This document shows, in pieces, positions 15,065 through 23,490 of a DNA stretch of 37,451 nucleotides. The translations under genes were made by a program, and so were the position numbers. Source of the DNA: a virus. The notes below the pieces were generated by a model that saw only the letters and a list, made by a program, of their open reading frames with translations, was not told the DNA's origin and did no database searches. Within the stretch, counting starts at the first letter, position 1; each line of letters starts with the position of its first letter. The stretch is taken from IMG/VR virus record IMGVR_UViG_3300010218_000026; one strand, 5' to 3'.

Positions 15065-15828
15065 AGATCATCCAGTGTGAGCAAGGCTCGCCTGAATGGC
15101 TGCGAGCCCGAGCGGGATGCATAACCGCAAGCATGTTCTCTACCGTGCGCAAGAAGGTCGGATGCCTTGATGAGCGGCAGACGCAGTATGTCGCAATGCG
15201 CCGGCTGGGCGTGCCTGAGAAAGAGGCTATGGAGACGGCTGGCTACAAGGTCGTTCCCAAGTCCGACATCATCACGCGCGCGCTTGCTGGTGAAAAGATT
15301 GGCGACTGGTCTGATGCTGCAAAAGACTACGCGTTCCGCCTAGCAATCGAGCGCATCAGCGGGACGCCTCTCGATGACGGTTTCGAGACGTGGAGCATGA
15401 GACGAGGCCACGAACTTGAGCCACACGCTCGGATGGAGCATGAGGCGCAGACGGGACTCTTGGTAGAGCGAGCCGGGTTTGTCACAACGGATGATGGTGT
15501 GTTCGGAGCGAGCGCAGACGGCCTGATTGATCCTGACGGCGGCAGCGAATACAAGTGTTTCCTCGCGCCCGACAAGCTTCGCACGATCCTGATCGACCAT
15601 GACGCAAAAGACGTGATGGAACAGGCGCAAGGGTGCATGTGGCTATGCGGCAGGAAGTGGTGGCATGTTGGTCTGTACTGCCCTGCTCTTGAGTCTGTAG
15701 GCAAGCAATTCACGATGATCTCCGTCAATCGAGACGAGGAATTCATCGAGAAAATGGAACTTGATCTGATTGAGTTCGCGGGCTTCGTCGATCAATACGA
15801 AGCTGCACTTCGGAGGCAAGCAGCATGA
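15061..15828 (+). CDS. YqaJ-type (lambda Exo-like) recombination exonuclease
   Basis: The N-terminus QGSPEWLRARAGCITASMF is the hallmark YqaJ start. D...E.K-type residues follow. ATGA overlap with erf. Confidence 0.8.
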   Translation: MKIIQCEQGSPEWLRARAGCITASMFSTVRKKVGCLDERQTQYVAMRRLGVPEKEAMETAGYKVVPKSDIITRALAGEKIGDWSDAAKDYAFRLAIERISGTPLDDGFETWSMRRGHELEPHARMEHEAQTGLLVERAGFVTTDDGVFGASADGLIDPDGGSEYKCFLAPDKLRTILIDHDAKDVMEQAQGCMWLCGRKWWHVGLYCPALESVGKQFTMISVNRDEEFIEKMELDLIEFAGFVDQYEAALRRQAA

Positions 15829-16208
15829 CAGTCTACGTTCTTCGCACGGCTGAGATTGCCAGTCGCATGCTGGCGGAAATAAAGACGATCGCCGGCCCCG
15901 CAGCAGCAGCAGGAAAGCCGGTTGTGGTCGAGGTAACTGACTACGACAGCATAGGCTCTAACGAGCAACTTCGGTTTCTGTTTGGTGCGGTACTCAGCCA
16001 AATTTCTGAACAGGTGGAACTGGACGGGAAACGATTCGATAAGGACGCTTGGTACGGGCATTACCTGCATAAATTCGCGCCCAAGAAAGACACGCCTAGC
16101 GGATTGATCCCGATCGGAGTCAGTCAGATGAAAAAGCGCGAACGGGCGGAATTCACTACGAAGATTCAGGCTGACGCGGCGCAGGAATATGGCGTCGAGT
16201 TCGCATAA
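15825..16208 (+). CDS. ninB: NinB/Orf-like recombination mediator
   Basis: KPVVVEVTDY..SNEQLRFLFGAVLSQIS..DAWYGHYL and the C-terminal AEFTTKIQADAAQEYGVEF parallel lambda NinB as I recall it. Confidence 0.55.
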   Translation: MTVYVLRTAEIASRMLAEIKTIAGPAAAAGKPVVVEVTDYDSIGSNEQLRFLFGAVLSQISEQVELDGKRFDKDAWYGHYLHKFAPKKDTPSGLIPIGVSQMKKRERAEFTTKIQADAAQEYGVEFA

Positions 16209-16247
16209 CGATTACCCCCGAACCGCGCAGACAGCGCGGCGTGCTTA

Positions 16248-16274
16248 GGGCGGCTAGGTCAGCGCCCGTTTTTT
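16248..16274 (+). terminator. Rho-independent terminator inside the early-left operon
   Basis: gggcg-gctaggtca-gcgccc followed by gtttttt. Confidence 0.6.
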
Positions 16275-16304
16275 ACAACTGTTCGGCTATGCCGGCGAGG
16301 GAAT

Positions 16305-16934
16305 ATGAGCAAAGAACGTCCGATCCTGTTCAGCGGCACCGATGTGGTACGCGCTCTGCTCGACGGCAGCAAGACGCAGACGCGCCGACCGGTAAAGGGC
16401 TTTGCGCTAGAACTGCTGAAGCCCGATAACTTCACGCCCGAATACGTCGCTCTGCCCGAAAACGGAAACAGTCCGTATGGGTATGCGGGTGACCGTCTGT
16501 GGGTGCGCGAGACGTGGATGGATCTCACTGGAACCGGAATCGAGCGCTCGACAGGTGACCACAGCCGGTATGCATATGGCGCCGATACCCCGCCGGGCAG
16601 CTATGGCGATCAATGCCGCAAGGATTACGGGCTTAAGTGGCGTCCGTCTATCCACATGCCGCGCCCGGCGTCGCGCATCACGCTAGAAGTCACTGGCGTG
16701 CGGGTCGAGCGGTTGCACGACATCTCGCACGACGACGCCTTGGCCGAAGGTGTGGCGAACTTCGCATCGACGCTGAACGACGAGCCGCACCCGAGCGGAG
16801 AATCGCCGGAGCAGGCTTCTAGGCGGCTTAAGTGGCCACAACGCCAGTTTCGCGCGTTGTGGGAATCGATAAACGGCGCCGAGTCGTGGGCCGCGAACCC
16901 TTGGGTCTGGGTCGTCGAATTCAAGCGCCTCTGA
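16305..16934 (+). CDS. ASCH/PUA-like domain protein (209 aa)
   Basis: The N-terminus ILFSGTDVVRALLDGSKTQTRRPV and the later DRLWVRETW are patterns I associate with ASCH-like phage proteins. Confidence 0.5.
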   Translation: MSKERPILFSGTDVVRALLDGSKTQTRRPVKGFALELLKPDNFTPEYVALPENGNSPYGYAGDRLWVRETWMDLTGTGIERSTGDHSRYAYGADTPPGSYGDQCRKDYGLKWRPSIHMPRPASRITLEVTGVRVERLHDISHDDALAEGVANFASTLNDEPHPSGESPEQASRRLKWPQRQFRALWESINGAESWAANPWVWVVEFKRL

Positions 16935-16960
16935 TCTGACCAACCCGCAAGGAACCCGAC

Positions 16961-17170
16961 ATGAAGCGCGACTGCTTGGATTGCATTCACAGCACCCGCG
17001 GCGAATACCCGAAGTGCCGGCATCCAAGAAATCTTCGGGCTGATCTGTTTGGCGAATACCCGGTGTTTGTGTATTGCTTCGGCCACCGCGAATTTGGCGG
17101 TGTCGATGAACAGAGAATGCCAGCGATCTGCGGCAAGTCCGGACGATGGTTTGACGATGGCGAACAATAG
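16961..17170 (+). CDS. Hypothetical Cys-rich protein (69 aa)
   Basis: ORF-track ORF. The SD context aggaacccgacATGaa is repeated verbatim at the next gene. Confidence 0.55.
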   Translation: MKRDCLDCIHSTRGEYPKCRHPRNLRADLFGEYPVFVYCFGHREFGGVDEQRMPAICGKSGRWFDDGEQ

Positions 17171-17179
17171 GAACCCGAC

Positions 17180-17860
17180 ATGAATACCACCACTACCAAG
17201 ATCGCTGGAGAGGCTATGCAAATCACAGACGAGCAGATTGACAAGCTGATTCGGGAGTACCGGCTGGATGGCACGGACAGTGTCGCAATGTTCAACTTTG
17301 CCCGCGCCCTGCTTGCAAGCACGGCTGCCGCAGAAGATTGGGCGCGACTTGCAAAGATCGGAGTCCGCCAAAACGCCGGATCTGGTATCTCACCCCCCAC
17401 CGCTCCCGCGCAATCGTGCGGTGATTGCCATGACGGCGAGTGCTATGTGGACGGATCTGAAAATTGCATCCTTAGGGTTGCCGCGCAATCGTGCGGTGAC
17501 GCATACGCGGGAGCGCGCGAGGACTTGGCTATCTGGAAGAAACGCGCACTCGAAGCCGAAGCGCTGAATCGTAAGTTCATGGACGAAATCAACGGGCTAA
17601 CTCATATGGGCGAGCCACATTTATCGTGCGGTGACGCCGAGCAAGCAGACGAGGCGGTGGCGCGGGATGCGGAGCGTTATCGGTGGATGCGAGACTTCAA
17701 TGTTCGCTGCAAGGATGGCGTAGATGTTAAACCGCCCTGCGAGCATGTTTTCGCATCAATATATTCGCATGCAGTCGGGACGATCCCAGCTACACGCCTG
17801 GTAACTGGTGATGAGCTAGACCGTGCCATCGACGCCGCTCGCGCAAAGGACAGCAAATGA
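17180..17860 (+). CDS. Ea22-like protein with three SCGD repeats (226 aa)
   Basis: ERYRWMRD motif, and AQSCGD / AQSCGD / LSCGD encoded by a repeated 15-19 nt string. Confidence 0.6.
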   Translation: MNTTTTKIAGEAMQITDEQIDKLIREYRLDGTDSVAMFNFARALLASTAAAEDWARLAKIGVRQNAGSGISPPTAPAQSCGDCHDGECYVDGSENCILRVAAQSCGDAYAGAREDLAIWKKRALEAEALNRKFMDEINGLTHMGEPHLSCGDAEQADEAVARDAERYRWMRDFNVRCKDGVDVKPPCEHVFASIYSHAVGTIPATRLVTGDELDRAIDAARAKDSK

Positions 17861-18576
17861 ACACGACAAATCACACTTCGCCGAGCGGTGAGGACGCCGC
17901 AAATGGGGCGATTGGGGAGCGGGAACACCCTGCATGGGAGCACGAGCTTAAGACCGACCCGGAAGTATTTGCGGCCGTGCTGGATGGCAGCAAGACGCAC
18001 GAAATCCGCTTCAATGACCGCGATTTCAAGATAGGCGACACGCTGCTGCTTCGCGAGACGCGCTACACCGGTCAGGAAATGCGTGGCCCTGAGCCGCGCC
18101 CGCTTGAATACACGGGGCGCGAGACAACTCGCGTGGTGAGTCACGTGTTGGAAGGTTATGGCCTGAAACCGGGCTGGGTGATTCTGTCGTTCGCCCGCGC
18201 CGCTCTCACCGCCGAAAAGGTGGCAGCGGAGCCGGTGGCGTATGACATGACTTACACAAACGGGAACCGTAGCTTGGTCTACCCTAAAGAATTGGCGCAC
18301 ATCGAAAAAGCCCGAATCGTGACCGGTTATGTCGCGGCGCCGCTCTACACCGCCCCGCAACCAGCACAGACACAGGTGGCGCTGACGGACATAGATCAAT
18401 ATCGCATGCAGATGGCCGGAATCTGCACGGCAGCGCTTGGGCACTGGAAGGAAGGCGACGATTTGCACCCCGACTACGACACTCCCGCCCTGCACGATGT
18501 CGCAGCACTTTATGCCAAATACGAGGAGAATCGCGCCCTTCTCGCCGCGCAACCTGTGAGCGGAGGGAAATCGTGA
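17857..18576 (+). CDS. DUF3850 (ASCH-like) domain protein with C-terminal extension (239 aa)
   Basis: HELKTDPEVFAAVLDGSKTHEIRFNDRDFKIGDTLLLRE matches the DUF3850 signature as I remember it. ATGA overlap with the upstream gene. Confidence 0.65.
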   Translation: MNTTNHTSPSGEDAANGAIGEREHPAWEHELKTDPEVFAAVLDGSKTHEIRFNDRDFKIGDTLLLRETRYTGQEMRGPEPRPLEYTGRETTRVVSHVLEGYGLKPGWVILSFARAALTAEKVAAEPVAYDMTYTNGNRSLVYPKELAHIEKARIVTGYVAAPLYTAPQPAQTQVALTDIDQYRMQMAGICTAALGHWKEGDDLHPDYDTPALHDVAALYAKYEENRALLAAQPVSGGKS

Positions 18577-18836
18577 CTGACGTTGAGCGCTTCGAATCGG
18601 TGATGTCTGAAAGGCTTGGCCCGCACGCCATCATCAAAGTTGAAGGTGAGTACGTTCAGCCGGCCATGCGGCTCGCGTTGATTGCATGGCAAGCATCCCG
18701 CCGCGCTGCGCTCGAGGAAGCGGCGGTCGCCTGCGACGACGTAGCCAAGGCCCGCAGCGTGGTCGAAATGGCCGTCGGCGCAAAGCTCTGCGTGGATGCT
18801 ATCCGCAAACTCGCCAAGGAGACAAATAATGGTTGA
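18573..18836 (+). CDS. Hypothetical protein (87 aa)
   Basis: ORF-track ORF with start/stop overlap. Confidence 0.55.
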   Translation: MTDVERFESVMSERLGPHAIIKVEGEYVQPAMRLALIAWQASRRAALEEAAVACDDVAKARSVVEMAVGAKLCVDAIRKLAKETNNG

Positions 18837-19422
18837 AGACCTGATTAAGCGGCTGCGGGACACGGTCGAGGAAGAGGCTGGCCACGGCGTGCGCAACGAA
18901 GCCGCCGATCTGATCAAGCGTCAGGCAGAAGACATCGCCGAGAACGATGCGATTATTGACGAATTGCGCGACCACCTCACCGCCCTTGAGTCCGAGCGCG
19001 ACGCTCTACTCGCGGCAGCATGGAAAGAGGCGGTGGCGATCTATCAGGTGCAGACGTCATGCAACGGATGGACGGATCATAGCCGGGAAGAGTATGAAGG
19101 TGCCCGACTACCGCGCCGCGTCGTCTACACCGCTCCCACCGCCGCTCTTGAGAAGGGAGGCGGGCGGGATGCGTGGCAGCCGATTGAGACGGCGCCGAAG
19201 GACTGCGTAATCCAGTTATGGGTGCCGCCGTTCGGCATATGGATTGATGGGCCGTGGCGCGGAGCATGGAGCTACGTCGCTCAGCAATGGACTTTGCATA
19301 GCCCATTTACCGCTGCAGACGGCAGGAGCATTTCCGCCTCTGCCATTCCTCATCCGACGCACTGGCAGCCACTACCCGCACCGCCGGCCGCCCTGTCTCA
19401 GAAAGCGGGAGAGCAGCAGTAA
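18829..19422 (+). CDS. DUF551 domain protein with N-terminal coiled coil (197 aa)
   Basis: Start trimmed to the ATG at 18829 (AGGAG 7 nt upstream). WQPIETAPKD...PTHWQPLPAPP is the DUF551 signature. Confidence 0.65.
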   Translation: MVEDLIKRLRDTVEEEAGHGVRNEAADLIKRQAEDIAENDAIIDELRDHLTALESERDALLAAAWKEAVAIYQVQTSCNGWTDHSREEYEGARLPRRVVYTAPTAALEKGGGRDAWQPIETAPKDCVIQLWVPPFGIWIDGPWRGAWSYVAQQWTLHSPFTAADGRSISASAIPHPTHWQPLPAPPAALSQKAGEQQ

Positions 19423-19478
19423 ATGGCAGACGCAGCACAACGCATGGTTGAAACCACGAAGAACGCATGGGGTGTTAA

Positions 19479-19694
19479 ATGAAAGTCAGGTTGGATGAAT
19501 GGCTCAAGCGTGAATTCGATCCGCCGCCGGCTATCCGCACTGCTCGCCTGTGGATCAACGCAGGGAAAATCTATCCGGCACCGGTAAAGGTTGGCCGGTC
19601 GTACTATGTTGAGCAGAACGCCGTTTTCAATGACGGAACCGCGCGCCCTTCTCTCGCCCACAGGGTATTACAAAAACATGGCCGCACGTCCTAG
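19479..19694 (+). CDS. xis: Excisionase
   Basis: 71 aa. KVRLDEWLKREFDPPPAIRTARLWINAGKIYPAPVKVGRSYYV fits the lambda-type Xis pattern. Its 3' end overlaps int. Confidence 0.75.
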   Translation: MKVRLDEWLKREFDPPPAIRTARLWINAGKIYPAPVKVGRSYYVEQNAVFNDGTARPSLAHRVLQKHGRTS

Positions 19695-20763
19695 AATTCG
19701 CCGCCGAGCAAACTGGCCGGACAATCTGTATGAACCGCGCCCAGGCTATTACACATGGCGCGACCCGATCAGCAAAGAGACGCATATTCTCGGTCGCATG
19801 CCTCTCGCCCAAGCGATCCACGAAGCACAGGAGGCTAATCTGGCGCTCGTCAGCCTGAAGCCGAAGATGACGCTTGCCGAGCGCCTCAACTTGCGCAAGG
19901 AAACAGTAAATGACCTTCTGCTAAAAATGCCGACCCGAGGAGCAGACAGCACCATTCGAAGCCGAAAATACTACGATGCTTACATAAGCAAGTGCATTGG
20001 ATCTGTCCCATGCGCAGAGCTGACAACGAAGCACATCGCGGACATGCTAGAGCAACTGATCGATGCAGGGAAAGCCCCATCTGCCCATAACATTCGCACA
20101 CGTCTTGTTGCCATCTGCAAGCGAGGCGCTGCGCTAGGTTGGATAACCAGCGGAAATCCGGCAGCCAACACAGAGCAGGAAAGGCTAATCGTCAAGCGGC
20201 GCCGGCTGCGTGGGATCGAGGAATTTAACGCGATCTACGAGAAGGCGCCAGAGGTATGCGACTGGCTGCAAAACGCCATGCTGCTTGCCCTTGTCTCAGG
20301 ACAGGATCGTTCTACCTGCGCACGGTGGGAGCGCGCATCAATAAAGGATGGAATCGCAACCGCGTTCCGCAAGAAGACCAAGGTATATATCGAGATCCCG
20401 ACTTCTCTGCGCATGGATGCGATCGGCATGTCACTCGCTGACGTGATCGCGCGGTGCAGATCGACTGGCGTCGTCAGTAAATATCTGATCCATCACGTCC
20501 GAAACAAGGGCGGCGCAAAGAGCGGTCAGCCTGTCAAGATCGACTCGCTCACCCGAGCATTTGCGGAAGCGCGCGAGCTGGCCGGAATCACTGGCGACGA
20601 TGCACCGACCTTTCATGAGATTCGAAGCCTCGCCAAGCGGCTCTATGAAAAGCAGGGAGGCATCGACACCAAGGCATTGCTTGGTCACATGACAGAGACC
20701 GCCGCCGATCTGTACGCAGACAGCCGTGGAATCGAGCCGATCCGCGTCAAAATCGGCGCCTGA
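19678..20763 (+). CDS. int: Tyrosine integrase (lambda-type)
   Basis: Start trimmed to MAARPRIRRRANWPDNLY (arm-binding N-terminus). C-terminal catalytic motifs FHEIRSLAKRLY and LLGH...TAADLYAD (R, H-x-x-R, Y). Confidence 0.92.
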   Translation: MAARPRIRRRANWPDNLYEPRPGYYTWRDPISKETHILGRMPLAQAIHEAQEANLALVSLKPKMTLAERLNLRKETVNDLLLKMPTRGADSTIRSRKYYDAYISKCIGSVPCAELTTKHIADMLEQLIDAGKAPSAHNIRTRLVAICKRGAALGWITSGNPAANTEQERLIVKRRRLRGIEEFNAIYEKAPEVCDWLQNAMLLALVSGQDRSTCARWERASIKDGIATAFRKKTKVYIEIPTSLRMDAIGMSLADVIARCRSTGVVSKYLIHHVRNKGGAKSGQPVKIDSLTRAFAEARELAGITGDDAPTFHEIRSLAKRLYEKQGGIDTKALLGHMTETAADLYADSRGIEPIRVKIGA

Positions 20764-20764
20764 G

Positions 20765-20970
20765 TTTTGAACTCATTTTGAACAAATTTTGAACACACCA
20801 AGCCAGGTAAGGCTTTGCTGGACGAACCACAGTTCTGAAACAAATATAGCAATGAAGCCGGATTTTTCTATGTGAATCATCGACTTGCAGCGTTTTATAG
20901 CCCCAAAAAATGGTGCGAAAACGTCCTATCGCGTCGTATACAAATCAAACAGTTACATAGTGTTTTGAAC
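20765..20970. promoter_or_regulatory. attP candidate region with arm-type repeats TTTTGAAC
   Basis: TTTTGAAC occurs at 20765, 20776 and 20787 (11-bp phasing) and again at 20963. The region is AT-rich, non-coding and immediately downstream of int. Confidence 0.55.
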
Positions 20971-21079
20971 AGTCTTTAAAGAAACTCGCTAACCCGCTGG
21001 CTGCCAGTCATCACTGCCAGTGAAATGGGCGAATGGCCTGAATCGTGTAGACTGCGCGCGATACCAAAAAGCTCAGACG

Positions 21080-21259
21080 ATGAACGATCAGCCGCCCCTT
21101 TACATCAAGATTGTCGTCCGGTCCGCGGGCGCAGTGTCCGTCGCCTCCATCCTATGGATGCTGTCAGGCGCGCAGATCCCGACCGAGACATGGATGATCA
21201 GCGGCGCCGGCATCCTCCTGTGGGTGTGGAGTGAATGGGACTGGTGGAAGCGCAAATGA
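21080..21259 (+). CDS. Small two-TM membrane protein (59 aa), coupled to the acyltransferase
   Basis: There are two hydrophobic helices, and the stop overlaps the acyltransferase ATG (ATGA). The start is uncertain (a GTG at 21020 is also in frame). Confidence 0.5.
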   Translation: MNDQPPLYIKIVVRSAGAVSVASILWMLSGAQIPTETWMISGAGILLWVWSEWDWWKRK

Positions 21260-22353
21260 AAAACCGAAACTTCGGGCTGGACGTGGTTCGCATGTTCGCC
21301 ATCCTGCCGGTGCTCGCCGTGCACTACTCCGCGTTCGCGCTCAAGGATGTGCCGCAACTGATCTACGTTACCGGCGATCTTGGCGTCGAGATATTCTTCG
21401 CGCTGAGCGGGTTCCTGATCGGCGGGATTATCCTGCGCGACTTCGAGCGCGGCTTTTCGTGGCGCGTCAGCCTCAATTTCTATGTGCGCCGGTGGATGCG
21501 CACGCTGCCGCTCTACTACGTCTTCTTCGTGGCATCGGCATTCGTCACCATTTACGGGCTCACGCTGGACAAGGTGTGGTCCGCGAAGTGCCTCGCTTAC
21601 CTCCTGTTCCTGCAAAATCTCGCGTGGCCGATGCTGGCCCAGTGGTATCACGAGAGCTGGTCACTGGCCATCGAAGAGTGGTTCTATCTGATCTTCCCGG
21701 CCATGTTCGCGGTGCTCGTCGGCGTGCCGGCGCGCGCGCGGATTCTGGTTATCGCGGTGACCCTCATCGTCGTCCCGCTCGCCCTGCGCATATGGTTCTA
21801 CGATCCGAGCACGGATTTTGACCTGTACGTGCGCCGCATCGTCGCGCTGCGGCTCGACGCCATTGCCTTCGGGATTCTGGCTATCTGGGCCGTGCGGACG
21901 TTCCCGGCCGGCATGCGTTACTGGAAGAACGTGATCGGCCTCGCGGGCGCTGCTGGCGTGTTCGCAACCATCCAGATACTGATGGGCCGGATTGACGTCG
22001 GCGTGTTCTTCCTGCGCACGTTTTCTTTCTCGCTCGCCTCGGCGTCCTTCGCGGCTATTGTTGTGTGGGCGTATTTCCAGTCATGGGCGCATCTGGAAGC
22101 GGGCGGGGAATCGAAGGTGATCGGCTGGTTCAGCACCCGGAGCTATGCCCTGTATCTGTGTCATGGCAGCGTCGTGCGGACCATGCTCCGGCATGGATGG
22201 TTTGCCGAACGCCCGGTCGTCTCGTTTCTAATCTTCGCGACCGCGACGTTGGTATTGGCAGAGGCGGCGCACCGGCTGATCGAACAGCCATTCATGCACC
22301 GCCGGCCACGAGAGATTCACACGGCGATTAGCGGACGCGTCGTGCGCGAATAA
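21256..22353 (+). CDS. Acyltransferase family 3 (Oac/OafA-like O-antigen or glycan acyltransferase)
   Basis: The N-terminus NFGLDVVRMFAILPVLAVHY..DLGVEIFFALSGFLIG is the acyltransferase_3 signature. The protein is a multi-TM protein located between attP and the tail end of the late operon, as in Sf6 oac. Confidence 0.85.
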   Translation: MKNRNFGLDVVRMFAILPVLAVHYSAFALKDVPQLIYVTGDLGVEIFFALSGFLIGGIILRDFERGFSWRVSLNFYVRRWMRTLPLYYVFFVASAFVTIYGLTLDKVWSAKCLAYLLFLQNLAWPMLAQWYHESWSLAIEEWFYLIFPAMFAVLVGVPARARILVIAVTLIVVPLALRIWFYDPSTDFDLYVRRIVALRLDAIAFGILAIWAVRTFPAGMRYWKNVIGLAGAAGVFATIQILMGRIDVGVFFLRTFSFSLASASFAAIVVWAYFQSWAHLEAGGESKVIGWFSTRSYALYLCHGSVVRTMLRHGWFAERPVVSFLIFATATLVLAEAAHRLIEQPFMHRRPREIHTAISGRVVRE

Positions 22354-23254
22354 CTCCGGTAGCTGTCAGCGTGCTCGTGCTGAAACTTGCGGCGGCAGTC
22401 AGAAAAACTGTGGTGGACCCTGATACATTGAACCGCTGTACCGGCGCTACCAGTGAAAGGTTGTTCGATGCCGCCTGGGTAGCGCTGTTTATCGCTCTGA
22501 TACCGTTAGCTCCATTCGCCCCTGTCGTCGTCGTAACCGTAGTTTGGGCGATTGTAATTATCGTGCCGGCAGCTGATATAAATTCGACGTTCCCGCTCAC
22601 GTCCCAATCACCCGCAGTCAGCACGATGCTCGTGATATTGGCAGTCGTCCCACTGGTCAGGGAAACACCAGTTCCGGTGGCCGTCAGGAACTCGCCAACG
22701 CTACCCGCATTCGCATTGTCAGCCGCGGTTGTTCCTTTGATTCCAACCGTGCTCGACGGAGAGATCAGACCTGACGCAGAGAGCGTCGTAAATGATCCTG
22801 CTGTTCCAGTAACGCTGCCCGAGAACACCACGTTGCCGGCGTCGTCCATCGACATCGGCGTCGCGCTGTTCGTGCTGTTGACGATCTGGAATGCACCATT
22901 GAACGCGCGGATAAACTTGTTCGGCGTTGTAACTCCGTTGCCTCCGAGGACAATCGCTGCGCCCGATCCGGTATTGCCAGTGGCGTTAACGACGATCGTG
23001 CCGCCGCTTGTCGCTGAATTCGTGATCGTTAAGACACCCGTCAGGTTGGGCGACGCAGACGGCGCCGCACCAGTCACGTTCGCAACCTGCACATTCGCCC
23101 ATGCGGGCGCGGTCGATGCCCCCGTCGAGATGATCGCCTGGCCTGAACTCGATCCGGCCGGATTGAGCAACTGCACCGGGTTGAGCGTGGCTCCGAACGA
23201 GGAAACAGAAGCGCATGCCAGCGCGAGAGCGGTGAGGATTCTTTTCATGGTCAT
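22328..23254 (-). CDS. Secreted (Sec signal, possibly lipidated) tail-fibre-like repeat protein (308 aa)
   Basis: Signal peptide MKRILTALALACASVSSFGA. The mature part is S/T/G/A/N-rich with the fibre-like motif SASPNLTG and a C-terminal block LTAGDWDVSGNVEF. ATGA-coupled to the upstream gene. It converges on and overlaps the acyltransferase gene by 26 nt. Confidence 0.7.
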   Translation of the reverse strand: MTMKRILTALALACASVSSFGATLNPVQLLNPAGSSSGQAIISTGASTAPAWANVQVANVTGAAPSASPNLTGVLTITNSATSGGTIVVNATGNTGSGAAIVLGGNGVTTPNKFIRAFNGAFQIVNSTNSATPMSMDDAGNVVFSGSVTGTAGSFTTLSASGLISPSSTVGIKGTTAADNANAGSVGEFLTATGTGVSLTSGTTANITSIVLTAGDWDVSGNVEFISAAGTIITIAQTTVTTTTGANGANGIRAINSATQAASNNLSLVAPVQRFNVSGSTTVFLTAAASFSTSTLTATGVIRARRVR

Positions 23255-23490
23255 TTACCGTCAGGAATTACGGCGTCGTCGCCGATAGTTGATGTGAGAG
23301 CCTTGTCGCAGTGGCCGCGGTTGATCCAGTTCAGCGCCTTGCAGAGGATGCATCCCCATCGGCGGCCGGCGTTGCGCGCCTTTGCTGCGCGCTCACTGAT
23401 CGTTTCGTTTGGCGAACCTGCTGCGAGCGTGTTGAGCGCCTGGTCGAGCAGGATCAGCCAGTTCATCAGGTAGCGAAGAATCAGGTTCAT
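23251..23490 (-). CDS. Hypothetical protein (79 aa)
   Basis: ATGA overlaps at both ends. N-terminus NWLILLDQALNTLAAGSPNETISERA and a Cys-containing C-terminus. Confidence 0.6.
   Translation of the reverse strand: MNLILRYLMNWLILLDQALNTLAAGSPNETISERAAKARNAGRRWGCILCKALNWINRGHCDKALTSTIGDDAVIPDGK

Noticed and set aside
19424-19483. 19-aa ORF (MADAAQRMVETTKNAWGVK) between the DUF551 gene and xis
   Set aside because: It is too short and featureless to support. It is not hydrophobic, although its stop overlaps the xis ATG (ATGA).
22371-23288. 305-aa plus-strand ORF fully overlapping the 308-aa minus-strand gene
   Set aside because: The minus-strand frame has a signal peptide, an ATGA coupling and fibre-like motifs. 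The plus frame is a V/A/P-rich mirror ORF without a plausible start context.
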